Shown here: piece by piece, positions 18,416 to 27,290 of the stretch
How the letters are laid out: every line of letters begins with the position of its first letter
How positions within the stretch are numbered: the first letter of the stretch is position 1
NCBI RefSeq assembly: GCF_000008645.1
Contig: NC_000916.1
Coordinates: forward strand, 270,001 to 302,000
DNA: 32,000 nt
Reading direction: 5' to 3'
Origin: Methanothermobacter thermautotrophicus str. Delta H
Lineage (GTDB): Archaea; Methanobacteriota; Methanobacteria; Methanobacteriales; Methanothermobacteraceae
Notes under the pieces: generated by a model
Seen by the model: only the letters and a program-made list of their open reading frames with translations
What the model was told of the DNA's origin: nothing
Database searches by the model: none
Translations under genes and position numbers: made by a program

Positions 18416-18428
18416 AAAGTTTAAATAA
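18416..18428 (+). promoter_or_regulatory. Candidate BRE/TATA (AAAAGTTTAAATA) for the 18450 gene
   Basis: CGAAAAGTTTAAATAATATT lies about 25-30 bp upstream of ATG 18450, leaving little room for a leader. Confidence 0.55.
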
Positions 18429-18449
18429 TATTACTTATTACTTTATTTC

Positions 18450-19040
18450 ATGGACTTAATAAAGATCGTGTCCTGCCTTGAGGAGGGCAACATCATCCAC
18501 TGCGGCGGGAACATCAGGGACACCTACCATGAACTCAGTGAAAGGGCAGAGGAACTCAACCTCCAAGCCGCCCTGGTCTACCTGGTATCACCCATGCCCC
18601 TCAAGGCAGGCCTCCTGGAGATAATGAGGGCCCATGACCCCGGTGCACAGGAGAAGCTTACCATCACAGAGATAATGACGGCCATAGCATCCCTCGAGAG
18701 GGAGACCTGGGTCTTCATGGACCACTTCGAGGACCTCACAGGGAAGGCGGCAGGCAAGTACCTCTGGCTACACACCCACGGGAGGGTGAAGTACATGGCC
18801 GGCCTCACCGGGACCTTCAGGGGTGAGGTCCAGTCCTTCTACTCAACCTTCAGGAAGCTCAACCCATCAAGGTGCCTGGATGGTGACTCAGTAGACGTTA
18901 CGGTCACGGTGATGGCCCTCATATCAGTCTTTGCCTCACTCTGCTACCTGAGGGCGGGTCTGGAGTACGGTATTCTTGTAACGAGCACGATCTGGTTTGC
19001 CCTCATAGTCTTCAGGACAATCAACTACATTGTAAGGTGA
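18450..19040 (+). CDS. Conserved-looking hypothetical protein with C-terminal transmembrane helices
   Basis: 196-aa ORF with archaeal promoter; hydrophobic C-terminus VTVTVMALISVFASLCYLRAGLEYGILVTSTIWFALIVF; 5 bp from the next gene. Confidence 0.7.
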   Translation: MDLIKIVSCLEEGNIIHCGGNIRDTYHELSERAEELNLQAALVYLVSPMPLKAGLLEIMRAHDPGAQEKLTITEIMTAIASLERETWVFMDHFEDLTGKAAGKYLWLHTHGRVKYMAGLTGTFRGEVQSFYSTFRKLNPSRCLDGDSVDVTVTVMALISVFASLCYLRAGLEYGILVTSTIWFALIVFRTINYIVR

Positions 19041-19045
19041 AATAG

Positions 19046-19636
19046 GTGAAGTTAAGGACTCATGTAACAGCTGCAGTCGTTCTCTTCCTCCTGATCAACT
19101 TCCTGTACCCTGTAACGACAATCATCAAAGGGGCCCTCCTCGCCGGGGCTGCGGGTACAGTCCCTGACCTCCTGGATTACCTCACAGGGAGGCACAGGGG
19201 CATCGGACACACACTCCTAATTTTACCACCCCTTCTACTCTATTCACTGAAGAGTCCGGAGAACGGGGTCCCGCTCCTTGCTGGAATCACATCCCACATT
19301 CTCCTGGATCTCTTCACGGTCCATGGATGCCCCCTGCTCTACCCCCTCAAGGACACACCCTACCACTGCCTCCAGAGGAAGAAGAGGATAAAGACAGGGA
19401 CAGCCGGTGAGTGGGCCCTCCTATCATTCCTCATAGCCGTCACGGTGGTCACATCCCTGGTCTCGGCGGGCGCACCCGATGATGCACTCCACCCCCAGCT
19501 CAGCAACAGCAGCAGGGAGGGGCAGTGCAGGACCATGAGTGTGGACATCCAGGTTGATGCGGACAGGGACGTCAACGTGACCTCCTACCACACCAATGGC
19601 TCAGAGAGCATCTTCGTGGACTTCAAGGATGATTGA
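19046..19636 (+). CDS. Membrane-bound metal-dependent hydrolase, YdjM/DUF457-like
   Basis: GTG start. MKLRTHVTAAVVLFLLINFLYPVT..., GAAGTVPDLLDYLTGRHRGIGHTLLILPP, AGITSHILLDLFTVHGCPLLYP (H/D pattern of the family). Confidence 0.8.
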   Translation: MKLRTHVTAAVVLFLLINFLYPVTTIIKGALLAGAAGTVPDLLDYLTGRHRGIGHTLLILPPLLLYSLKSPENGVPLLAGITSHILLDLFTVHGCPLLYPLKDTPYHCLQRKKRIKTGTAGEWALLSFLIAVTVVTSLVSAGAPDDALHPQLSNSSREGQCRTMSVDIQVDADRDVNVTSYHTNGSESIFVDFKDD

Positions 19637-19741
19637 AAACTAACACTTTTTAATACATTTATTACTGGAGTAAATAATCAAAAACTTTTTATTATCAAAT
19701 AAGTAATACTATTTCTGCAATTTAATCATGGAGGTGATTGG

Positions 19742-22700
19742 ATGGAAGGCATCAGAGTAATACTTATGGCAGTGTTCCTGGTCTTTGTCCTGCCGGGAAC
19801 GGTGAGTGCAGAGAACACAGCAGACAACGGGACAGTGGATGTTCTTGTGATACACTCCATTGAGGGTACCAGGGTCGTGAATGATGCAGCCCACCGGGTC
19901 CTCGAGGAGTACCCTGACAGGAACATCACAGTGAGGGTCAGAAGCTCACCCCAGATAGTTAACTCCACACCGGAGGAGATAGAGGCCCTCCTCAACTCAT
20001 CCGACGTTATAATATGCAACTACCTGGGGACAGATGACTATACAAAGATACTGAGGGTCCTGACAGATAAACCAGAGATCCTGAATGGCAAATTTTTCGC
20101 ACTCTTTGACGGTGCAAGCGGAATCGAGCTTGTGAGGATGAGCAGGATAAATGATACGCAGGTTTTCAGTGGCGTCCCTGACACCGTGGTGACTGCGGTG
20201 AGCAGGGCCCTGAGGGTCCTCGAGCCACTCCCATTCCTCGAAGGCTACGTAAACCAGTACCCCCAGATAGCCATCTGGGCCCAGGGTGAAGGATACTACT
20301 GCTACAGGAACGTGGAGAGCTACAGGAACCAGATACTATGGGCTGCCGATACATGGGCACGTACAAGGAACATCACACTGAACGTGACCTATGGTCCTCC
20401 AAGGGCCGTTTCAAGGGAACTGCTCTACCGTGACGGAAAACTCTACGATAACCTCACTGATTACCTCAGGGACTACCCCATCGACCCATCAAGACCAACG
20501 GTCGGCCTGATAGAGGCAGAAAGTAACATGCTCGGAGGTGGCGCAGCGCACATAGACATGCTCATAGACAGACTGAAGGACACCCTCAACATAATCTCGG
20601 TGGTTGCAAGGTACGGTGATAACGCCTACTCTGCAATGGTGAGGTTCTTCACCACGGCACCGAATATTGCTGCATTCGAGGCAAACAGGACCCTCTACAC
20701 ATCACGTGTGGAGGCCATTGTATCATTCAGCACCTACCTCCTCGGGGGGACATCATCAGAGAAGGTTAACAGCCTCCTCAAGTTCATGAACGTCCCGGTA
20801 CTGAGGGGGGTCGTGGTGAACACAAGGACCGTTGATGACTGGCTCGTCTCCAGTGATGGTGTCACACCATGGAGCAGGGATGACATAATGGGACAGGCAG
20901 GCTTCCCGGAGACCCAGGGCCTCATAGAACCCATAATCATCGCTGCAGCAGAATTCCAGGCCGATAACATCACAGGGGCATACACATACTCCTACTCACC
21001 ATTACCTGACAGAATAGAGAAACTGGCGCAGAGACTCATAAACTGGGTCAACCTGAGAATAAAACCAGAATCAGAGAAGAAGATAGCCATAATCTACTAC
21101 AACTACCCCCCAGGAAAATCAGAGATCGGTGCAAGCTACCTCAACGTACCAGAGAGCATATATGAAATCCTTCTGAACCTCCGGGCCAGCGGCTACAGCG
21201 CAGGTAACATCTCAGGCGCAGCTGAACTCATAGGCCTCATGGTTGAGAGGGGGATAAACATTGCAAACTGGGCCCCCGGCGAACTCGAGAGACTGGCAGA
21301 TACCCCGGGTGTCGTACTGTGGGATGCAGAGGAATATCAGGCATGGTTCCAGACCCTCAACCCCATCGCAAGGAGATACGTCACAGAGGGCCCCACGGCA
21401 TACATTGAGGAGCTGGTGAAGCTGGCCCTCAGCAGAGGTACCAGCGCAGTCACACTGATGAAGACAGTGGACACATGGTACGCTGAGATGAAGGACAACA
21501 TAAAATCATCTGAGAAACAGGTGGAGGGACTTCAGCTCCTTGAGGTCATGTACACCGCACTCAGGGGAGTAATAAATGGCAACTCCAGCATGTGGACCAC
21601 ATTCAGGGCGGCCAGGGAGTCATTCATGTTACTTGCCATACCCGGACTCTGCGGGTGGGGTGAGGCCCCTGGCAACGTCATGACGGTTACAAGGAACGGC
21701 CGGAAGTACATCGTCATACCCGGATTCATCCTTGGAAACGTCTTCATAGGGCCCCAGCCCCAGCGTGGATGGGAGGCCGACCCTGAAATGCTGTACAGTG
21801 TTGGCATACTGCCTCCACACCACCAGTACCTCGCATACTATGCATGGATAAACAGGGTCTTCAATGCCAGTGCAATGATACACATGGGTACAATGGGAAG
21901 CTACGAGTGGCTGCCCGGGAAGGAGGTGATGCTATCAGAATATGACTTCCCGGACATTGTCGTCGATACAACACCATCCATATACATATACCGCGTTGAT
22001 AACGCCGCCGATGGACTTGCAGCAAAGAGGAGGGGCCTTGCAGTTATAATAGACCACCTGACACCTGCAATGAAATCAACGACCCTGTACGGCGAACTCC
22101 TCCAGCTCAAAAACCTCATAACAGGCTACAAGAATGCAGCGGATGATCCGCTCAGGAACCAGTACCTTGCAGAGATAAGAACAGCGGCACTCAAAGCAAA
22201 GCTCGGGGATGAACTGGGCCTCAACATTGAAAACACGACAGCCGATGCACTCATACCTGCAATATCATCATATCTCCTGAAGATTGAGGGCACCCTCATA
22301 CCCTACGGTTTACACACCTTTGGAAGGGAATGGAGCCATGAGGCCATTACCTACATGGTGGCCTCAATGATCTCAACCGGTGACACATCCATCTACCGCT
22401 TACTGGCAGCAGATTATGGATGGATCTACGAGGAAATCACAGTTGATCAGCGAATGATACTGGAGAACAGGACACTTGAAATGATCCAGGCCCTCTTAAA
22501 CGGCTCGAAACCAGAGAACATCACGTCCTCACCGGACATCATTGCAGTGCTCCGGAGCGCAGCAGAGTACATTGAACTCATCAGGAACAGCACCAGGATG
22601 GAGATGTCATCCCTCCTCAACGCACTCGCAGGGGGCTACGTGGAGCCGGGACTCGGTAAGGAGCCCCTGATGAACCCATCAGCACTGCCCACAGGGAGGA

Positions 22701-24427
22701 ACTTCTACACAATAGATCCAAGCATAGTGCCCACATCAGCGGCCTACAGTCTGGGAGCAGAGATAGTGAGGAAGGTCCTCGCCACCTACACCGAGCCTCC
22801 AGAGAAGCTTGCAGTGGTAATCTGGGGAGTGGACACAGCAAGGGACGACGGGGCCATGGTCGGATTCGTCCTGAACCTCCTCGGTGTGAAGCCGATATGG
22901 AGCAGCTCAGGACAGGTGACAGGCGTGACACTGATACCGCTGAGTGAACTCGGAAGACCAAGAATAGACGCCGTGGTCACAGTGAGCGGACTCTTCAGGG
23001 ACGTCTATGGACAGGCAGCCGTAACAATGGACAGGGCCTTCCGCCTGGCTCTTGCGGCATCCTACCGCACAGTACTCACAGAGCACCCCGAGGTTTCAGA
23101 GGCCCTTGAGGCAGCCGTCAAACCCCTCAGAGCTGTTAAACTCTTCCAGGAGGGAAATGACCCCATCCAGATGAACAGGGTGGCAGGGCACTGGCTTGAA
23201 CTTGTCCTCAAATACATGAACGCCGGTATGAATGCATCAACAGCAGGTAACCTTGCAATATACAGGATATTCGCTCCACCCATGGGATCATATGGTACAG
23301 GGGTCAAGGAGGCAGGTGAGATGTCCTGGACCTACAATAACACGGATGAACTCGCAGATCTTTTCATAAGCCGCATGGGCACATCATATTCCGAGACGGG
23401 ATGGGGTGTTAAGAACGTCGACCTCTTCGCGGACCTCCTGAAAGGTGTATCAGCGGTCTACCAGGGAAGAAGCACATACCTCGTTGGTGTGGCAGAGAAC
23501 GATGACATGGCAGACTACCTTGGAGGATTATCACTGGCCATAAAGAAACTCACAGGAACTGCGCCATCAGTCAACATCATAACAACAGCAGCAGGAAACC
23601 CCCAGTTAATGTCACTGCAGGAGGCACTGGCCCTTGATATGAGGTCAAGGTACCTTAACCCTGAATATGTGAGATCACTCATCTCTGAGGGCTATGCTGG
23701 TGCCAACAGATTATCAACCGCAGTGCGATCCATATGGTTATGGCAGACCACGGCACCCGGAAGTGTTCCCTCATGGACATGGGATGCGCTCGCCGACACA
23801 TACATAAGGGATGTTAATGGGCTGGGTGTCAGGGACTGGCTTTCAGGCAGGAACTCCTATGCACTGATAAGCATAACCGGTACAATGCTCACAGCTGCAT
23901 ATGAGGGCCACTGGAATCCTGATGAGGCCACCCTGCGACTGCTTGCATCAACATGGGCATCACTGACAGCCGAGAACGGTGTAGCCTGCTGTGACTGCAG
24001 CTGCGGTAACATAGCAATGATGCAGTGGACCATGCAGTACCTCAACCCGGATCTTCTCTCAAGGGTCAGGGAGAAACTCTACGCTGCCACCAGGAGCTCA
24101 GCATTCGCACCAGCCTCAGATGGAGGATCCACACCAGGAGTCCCATCAAATCCAGGAACAGTGACTCCAGGAACATCAGAGAACCATGATGGAGGATCAG
24201 CACACTCCACAGGATCCTCAAGGAGAGCCACAAGCCCCGAAACAGAAACAGAGTCGTCAGACACTTCTCCAGGTGAGACAGGTACCGGCAGCGCCTATGA
24301 GGTCACTGAGAAGGGAGGAACTGTGCAGGCGAAAACAGGTCTCCCGGTAGCAGCCATACTGGGTGTTGTTGTCCTCGTTGCCCTTGTGGGTGTTGGATAC
24401 TTCATTGGAGGGAAGGGGAGGATCTGA
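19742..24427 (+). CDS. Large secreted/membrane-anchored CobN/BchH-like protein (cobaltochelatase large-subunit family)
   Basis: SD GGAGGTGAT upstream. Signal peptide MEGIRVILMAVFLVFVLPGTVSA. CobN-like segments (VVIWGVDTARDDGAMVGFVLNLLGVKPIWSSSGQVTGVTLIPLSELGRPRIDAVVTVSGLFRDVYGQAAVTMDRAFRLA). S/T/P/G-rich linker and C-terminal TM VAAILGVVVLVALVGVGYFIGGKGRI. Confidence 0.88.
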   Translation: MEGIRVILMAVFLVFVLPGTVSAENTADNGTVDVLVIHSIEGTRVVNDAAHRVLEEYPDRNITVRVRSSPQIVNSTPEEIEALLNSSDVIICNYLGTDDYTKILRVLTDKPEILNGKFFALFDGASGIELVRMSRINDTQVFSGVPDTVVTAVSRALRVLEPLPFLEGYVNQYPQIAIWAQGEGYYCYRNVESYRNQILWAADTWARTRNITLNVTYGPPRAVSRELLYRDGKLYDNLTDYLRDYPIDPSRPTVGLIEAESNMLGGGAAHIDMLIDRLKDTLNIISVVARYGDNAYSAMVRFFTTAPNIAAFEANRTLYTSRVEAIVSFSTYLLGGTSSEKVNSLLKFMNVPVLRGVVVNTRTVDDWLVSSDGVTPWSRDDIMGQAGFPETQGLIEPIIIAAAEFQADNITGAYTYSYSPLPDRIEKLAQRLINWVNLRIKPESEKKIAIIYYNYPPGKSEIGASYLNVPESIYEILLNLRASGYSAGNISGAAELIGLMVERGINIANWAPGELERLADTPGVVLWDAEEYQAWFQTLNPIARRYVTEGPTAYIEELVKLALSRGTSAVTLMKTVDTWYAEMKDNIKSSEKQVEGLQLLEVMYTALRGVINGNSSMWTTFRAARESFMLLAIPGLCGWGEAPGNVMTVTRNGRKYIVIPGFILGNVFIGPQPQRGWEADPEMLYSVGILPPHHQYLAYYAWINRVFNASAMIHMGTMGSYEWLPGKEVMLSEYDFPDIVVDTTPSIYIYRVDNAADGLAAKRRGLAVIIDHLTPAMKSTTLYGELLQLKNLITGYKNAADDPLRNQYLAEIRTAALKAKLGDELGLNIENTTADALIPAISSYLLKIEGTLIPYGLHTFGREWSHEAITYMVASMISTGDTSIYRLLAADYGWIYEEITVDQRMILENRTLEMIQALLNGSKPENITSSPDIIAVLRSAAEYIELIRNSTRMEMSSLLNALAGGYVEPGLGKEPLMNPSALPTGRNFYTIDPSIVPTSAAYSLGAEIVRKVLATYTEPPEKLAVVIWGVDTARDDGAMVGFVLNLLGVKPIWSSSGQVTGVTLIPLSELGRPRIDAVVTVSGLFRDVYGQAAVTMDRAFRLALAASYRTVLTEHPEVSEALEAAVKPLRAVKLFQEGNDPIQMNRVAGHWLELVLKYMNAGMNASTAGNLAIYRIFAPPMGSYGTGVKEAGEMSWTYNNTDELADLFISRMGTSYSETGWGVKNVDLFADLLKGVSAVYQGRSTYLVGVAENDDMADYLGGLSLAIKKLTGTAPSVNIITTAAGNPQLMSLQEALALDMRSRYLNPEYVRSLISEGYAGANRLSTAVRSIWLWQTTAPGSVPSWTWDALADTYIRDVNGLGVRDWLSGRNSYALISITGTMLTAAYEGHWNPDEATLRLLASTWASLTAENGVACCDCSCGNIAMMQWTMQYLNPDLLSRVREKLYAATRSSAFAPASDGGSTPGVPSNPGTVTPGTSENHDGGSAHSTGSSRRATSPETETESSDTSPGETGTGSAYEVTEKGGTVQAKTGLPVAAILGVVVLVALVGVGYFIGGKGRI

Positions 24428-24499
24428 ACTCCCCACCCACATTTATTTTTTCTCTGATCGATTGTTTTTACCTGTATAAACCGGGACCAGGCCTCGTTT

Positions 24500-24518
24500 A
24501 TTCTGTGAGCTACAGAAT
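24500..24518. repeat. Short perfect inverted repeat ATTCTGT-GAGCT-ACAGAAT in a convergent intergenic region
   Basis: 7-bp perfect arms; between the CobN-like stop (24427) and cupin stop (24584). Confidence 0.5.
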
Positions 24519-24583
24519 GCAGTAAAAATAGTTTATTTGCTTGTATCTGCCCATGGTCTTGTCGGTACTCCATCGAGTGAAAA

Positions 24584-24979
24584 TCAGGGGTTTATTTGCT
24601 TCTTCACTGACAGGTCCTCTAGAACATCCTCATAGTCCCTCCGCCAGGGAGGGGAGACTATGCAAAGGAATGAGAGCTCCGACTTCCCGGTGTTCTCAAT
24701 GTACTGGACAGCACCGGAGGGTATATGGATGGCGTCACCCTCCTTCACTGTGAATGACTCATCATCGATGTGCATGGTGGCCTCACCCTCCATGATGTAG
24801 TAGACCTCCACTGATTCCCTCAGACGGTGGGGCTTCGAGGCCTCACCTCTCCTGAGGATGGCATGGGCCAGGCTGAAGCCCATATCCAGGCCCTCATTGT
24901 CCGGGTGCAGGAGCTCACAGAGGAGGGTCCCGTCAGCGGCCCTGAAATAATCGCACTCCCTGATATTCCTTATGTTCAT
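24584..24979 (-). CDS. Cupin-domain protein
   Basis: KPHRLRESVEVYYIMEGEATMHIDDESFTVKEGDAIHIPSGAVQYIENTGKSELSFLCIVSPPW: classic cupin motifs 1 and 2 (mannose-6-phosphate isomerase-like). Confidence 0.9.
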   Translation of the reverse strand: MNIRNIRECDYFRAADGTLLCELLHPDNEGLDMGFSLAHAILRRGEASKPHRLRESVEVYYIMEGEATMHIDDESFTVKEGDAIHIPSGAVQYIENTGKSELSFLCIVSPPWRRDYEDVLEDLSVKKQINP

Positions 24980-25021
24980 TGCCGGTACCTCATAGAGTTC
25001 ACATGTAAAGGTCCTTTTTAA
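24976..25021. repeat. 46-bp direct repeat, copy 1 (5' leader/start of cupin gene)
   Basis: tcattgccggtacctcatagagttcacatgtaaaggtcctttttaa; one mismatch to 25028-25073. Confidence 0.97.
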
Positions 25022-25027
25022 GCCGGG

Positions 25028-25073
25028 TCATTGCCGGTACCTCATAGAGTTCACATGTAAAAGTCCTTTTTAA
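25028..25073. repeat. 46-bp direct repeat, copy 2 (covers 3' end of the 25051..25689 gene)
   Basis: tcattgccggtacctcatagagttcacatgtaaaagtcctttttaa; period 52 bp. Confidence 0.97.
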
Positions 25074-25689
25074 CCCTCCGGGCCTCCCATGGCTTTCCCT
25101 GGGGGTGGTGGATGTAGTCTGCACTTAGAACTATACGACCATTCTCTGACCTCAGGGTGAAGTTCCCACCGAAGAACGTCTCAACCCCGTTTATCCTGAA
25201 GTCCCCCTTAAAGGTCCTGCCGTCGTTGCTGAAGTTCCCGCCACCGTCCCAGGCAGCGCAGGTCATCCTGTAGTGACCCCTCAGCGGTGTGCTGAACATT
25301 GCAGACTTCAGGTCACCCCTGAGGAGTAGGTAGATCGTGTTCCAGGTGACGTCGATGTGGTCTATGTGTCCGGTGCCGCTCAGACCGCTCTCATTGTAAC
25401 ATATGGGTGTACCGTTGACCTCATGGGTGTCGAAGTTCTCAGCCCCCGGGAGGACTATGCTGAAATTGAAGTCTCTCCCGGTACCGTTTATGGAGTAGTA
25501 TCCTCCAAGTGAAGCCTCCCCCGCCTTATTTGAGGGTATGGATGTGTAGGATGTGTAACTGTAGGGTATCTGTGAGAATATGGCCTCATCAAAGAACTCA
25601 ACTGCAAGTACAGGGGCCCCGACAGCCACCACAACTACGGCCATGATTATGAGCACTCTCCTGTCCATTAAATTCCTCCATTCTGTCAT
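25051..25689 (-). CDS. Secreted/anchored hypothetical protein with N-terminal hydrophobic segment
   Basis: MDRRVLIIMAVVVVAVGAPVLAVEFF N-terminal hydrophobic segment; multiple N-x-S/T sequons; no recognised family. Confidence 0.7.
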   Translation of the reverse strand: MTEWRNLMDRRVLIIMAVVVVAVGAPVLAVEFFDEAIFSQIPYSYTSYTSIPSNKAGEASLGGYYSINGTGRDFNFSIVLPGAENFDTHEVNGTPICYNESGLSGTGHIDHIDVTWNTIYLLLRGDLKSAMFSTPLRGHYRMTCAAWDGGGNFSNDGRTFKGDFRINGVETFFGGNFTLRSENGRIVLSADYIHHPQGKPWEARRVKKDFYM

Positions 25690-25736
25690 GATGTTAAGGG
25701 ATCCCCCTGAACACTATCAATTATCTGCCTTCAATG

Positions 25737-26630
25737 TTAAGTGATTATCCTCATCCTCTTCACCGGCCTCCCATCATCCCAGGTCCCCATCCCTGTGAGT
25801 TCATCCATATCTGCAGAGGTGAGGGTGTCATCCTCCAGGTTAATGAGGATGTCAAGGACCTTCCAGTAGCCACTGTAATCCAGGTTATCCACGAGTAAAC
25901 CGTATTCGTCTGAGACCGCAAATGGTGAGAGATGATCAGCCACCAGGGTCCTGTCTGACTGTACAAGGAGGAAGATCTTCCTGCCGGATGGTATCTGGGG
26001 GGTCATCCTCATTATACGGTGGGAGTCAGCGGTACCCGTGATGGTGTCCGCGTCACCGGCCATCACAACCAGGATGACGTCCCCTGGAATTTTTGAGAGG
26101 TTCTGGAGTTTCCTTCCACCCTCTGAGTCCCCTGGCTGGATTGAGAGCACCGCCACGGGTTTGGGGATGTCACCCCTCGCTGCGAGGTTGACCGCTATGA
26201 TCCCTCCTGCTGAGTGCCCTGCAATGTACAGTCTTCCATCGAATTCGCCGTCGAGGTCACCGAGGGATTTTCTGACAGCGTAGGCGGTGTTCTCTGTGAA
26301 GTTCTCTGAGCTGGTATCAAGGAGGTTCTGATAGCGGGGGTAGACCACGATTCTACCATCCCCTACAAGGTGCCTTATCCAGGCCATATAGAAGATGGGT
26401 TCAGTGGCTGCCCAGCCATGGATGAGGACCACCACGGGGTATCTTCCAGGTGCTGCAGGTCTGAATATCCAGTACCTCTGACTCCCCTCACCATGGACCT
26501 CGCTCACCATCCCCTCATAGGGCGACCCATCCATGTTCACCTGGGGAATGGCAACAGGTCCTGCATGGACCGGGACTGAACCGAGGATCAGGGTGATGAG
26601 AACCAGTCCCGCTTTAATAAAGGGTTCCAT
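25737..26630 (-). CDS. Secreted alpha/beta hydrolase (PET-hydrolase/chlorophyllase-like fold)
   Basis: Signal peptide MEPFIKAGLVLITLILGSVPVHA; RYPVVVLIHGWAA; LYIAGHSAGGIIAVNLAARGD (GxSxG nucleophile elbow); VVMAGDADTI (Asp region). Confidence 0.85.
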   Translation of the reverse strand: MEPFIKAGLVLITLILGSVPVHAGPVAIPQVNMDGSPYEGMVSEVHGEGSQRYWIFRPAAPGRYPVVVLIHGWAATEPIFYMAWIRHLVGDGRIVVYPRYQNLLDTSSENFTENTAYAVRKSLGDLDGEFDGRLYIAGHSAGGIIAVNLAARGDIPKPVAVLSIQPGDSEGGRKLQNLSKIPGDVILVVMAGDADTITGTADSHRIMRMTPQIPSGRKIFLLVQSDRTLVADHLSPFAVSDEYGLLVDNLDYSGYWKVLDILINLEDDTLTSADMDELTGMGTWDDGRPVKRMRIIT

Positions 26631-26941
26631 ATGATAATTATTTACCGCTGGTTAATTAATCTTTCATCTTTTCATGTGAAAATTCAGATATCTGCTTAAT
26701 CACCAGGACGGCTCTCCTCAGCTCAACACTATCTGGAGGAGAATCCTCACACATGTTGATGACGGTATAGTGGGGCCGGGTGCAGGGTGGAGGGCGAAAA
26801 TGAGGTTAAGGGCGGAGCTCCTGGAAAACCATCCTCTGATCTGGAGACAAATCATGGAATAACCCGCTAACTCCCTTACAGGGGAGACCGTGGACTCTGC
26901 TGGGATGAGCCATAACGGAGGGGATATGACGTCAGGGCGTC

Positions 26942-27074
26942 TCAGCGCCCTCCTTCAAGGCATATACGGGCCCCGCATGATGGACATACAATGTAGTAGA
27001 AGTGCGCCCTCTGGCTGCCATAAACCTCGGCCACAACATTGGCCCTGCAAAGCGGGCAGAAAAGGCGTTTCATG
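26942..27074 (-). pseudogene. Candidate small zinc-ribbon protein ORF, frameshifted at a homopolymer
   Basis: Minus strand encodes FCPLCRANVVAEVYGSQRAHFYYIVCPSCGARICLEGGR* (two CxxC pairs). The only nearby ATG (27074) is one base out of frame across a T5 tract (27060-27064). GGGGGT SD-like sequence and TTTATAATATT lie upstream. Confidence 0.45.
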
Positions 27075-27290
27075 GTACCCCCAACCAGACACAATATTAT
27101 AAATTAATTAAAATTTTTATTAATATATACCTTTTTTGCTTATCTCATCTGCACATCACATTCATAATTTTCATTTCAGATGCACAGATGTTAAGAGCGT
27201 CCAGGTCCACCCTTTACTGAAGATCAGGGATCAGCTGTGCTGCAAGTATCCGAAAGATTTTATTAACATGATCCCACAGAAGTTCTATGG

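Noticed and set aside
24541-24753. Plus-strand 70-aa ORF at the end of the cupin gene
   Set aside because: Antisense to the cupin 3' end, no family features, Ser/Pro-rich shadow translation.
27140-27200. Inverted CATCTG...CAGATG arms upstream of the kinase as a riboswitch or ncRNA
   Set aside because: Only 6-bp arms match across a long AT-rich loop, which is compatible with chance. No conserved RNA motif recognised.
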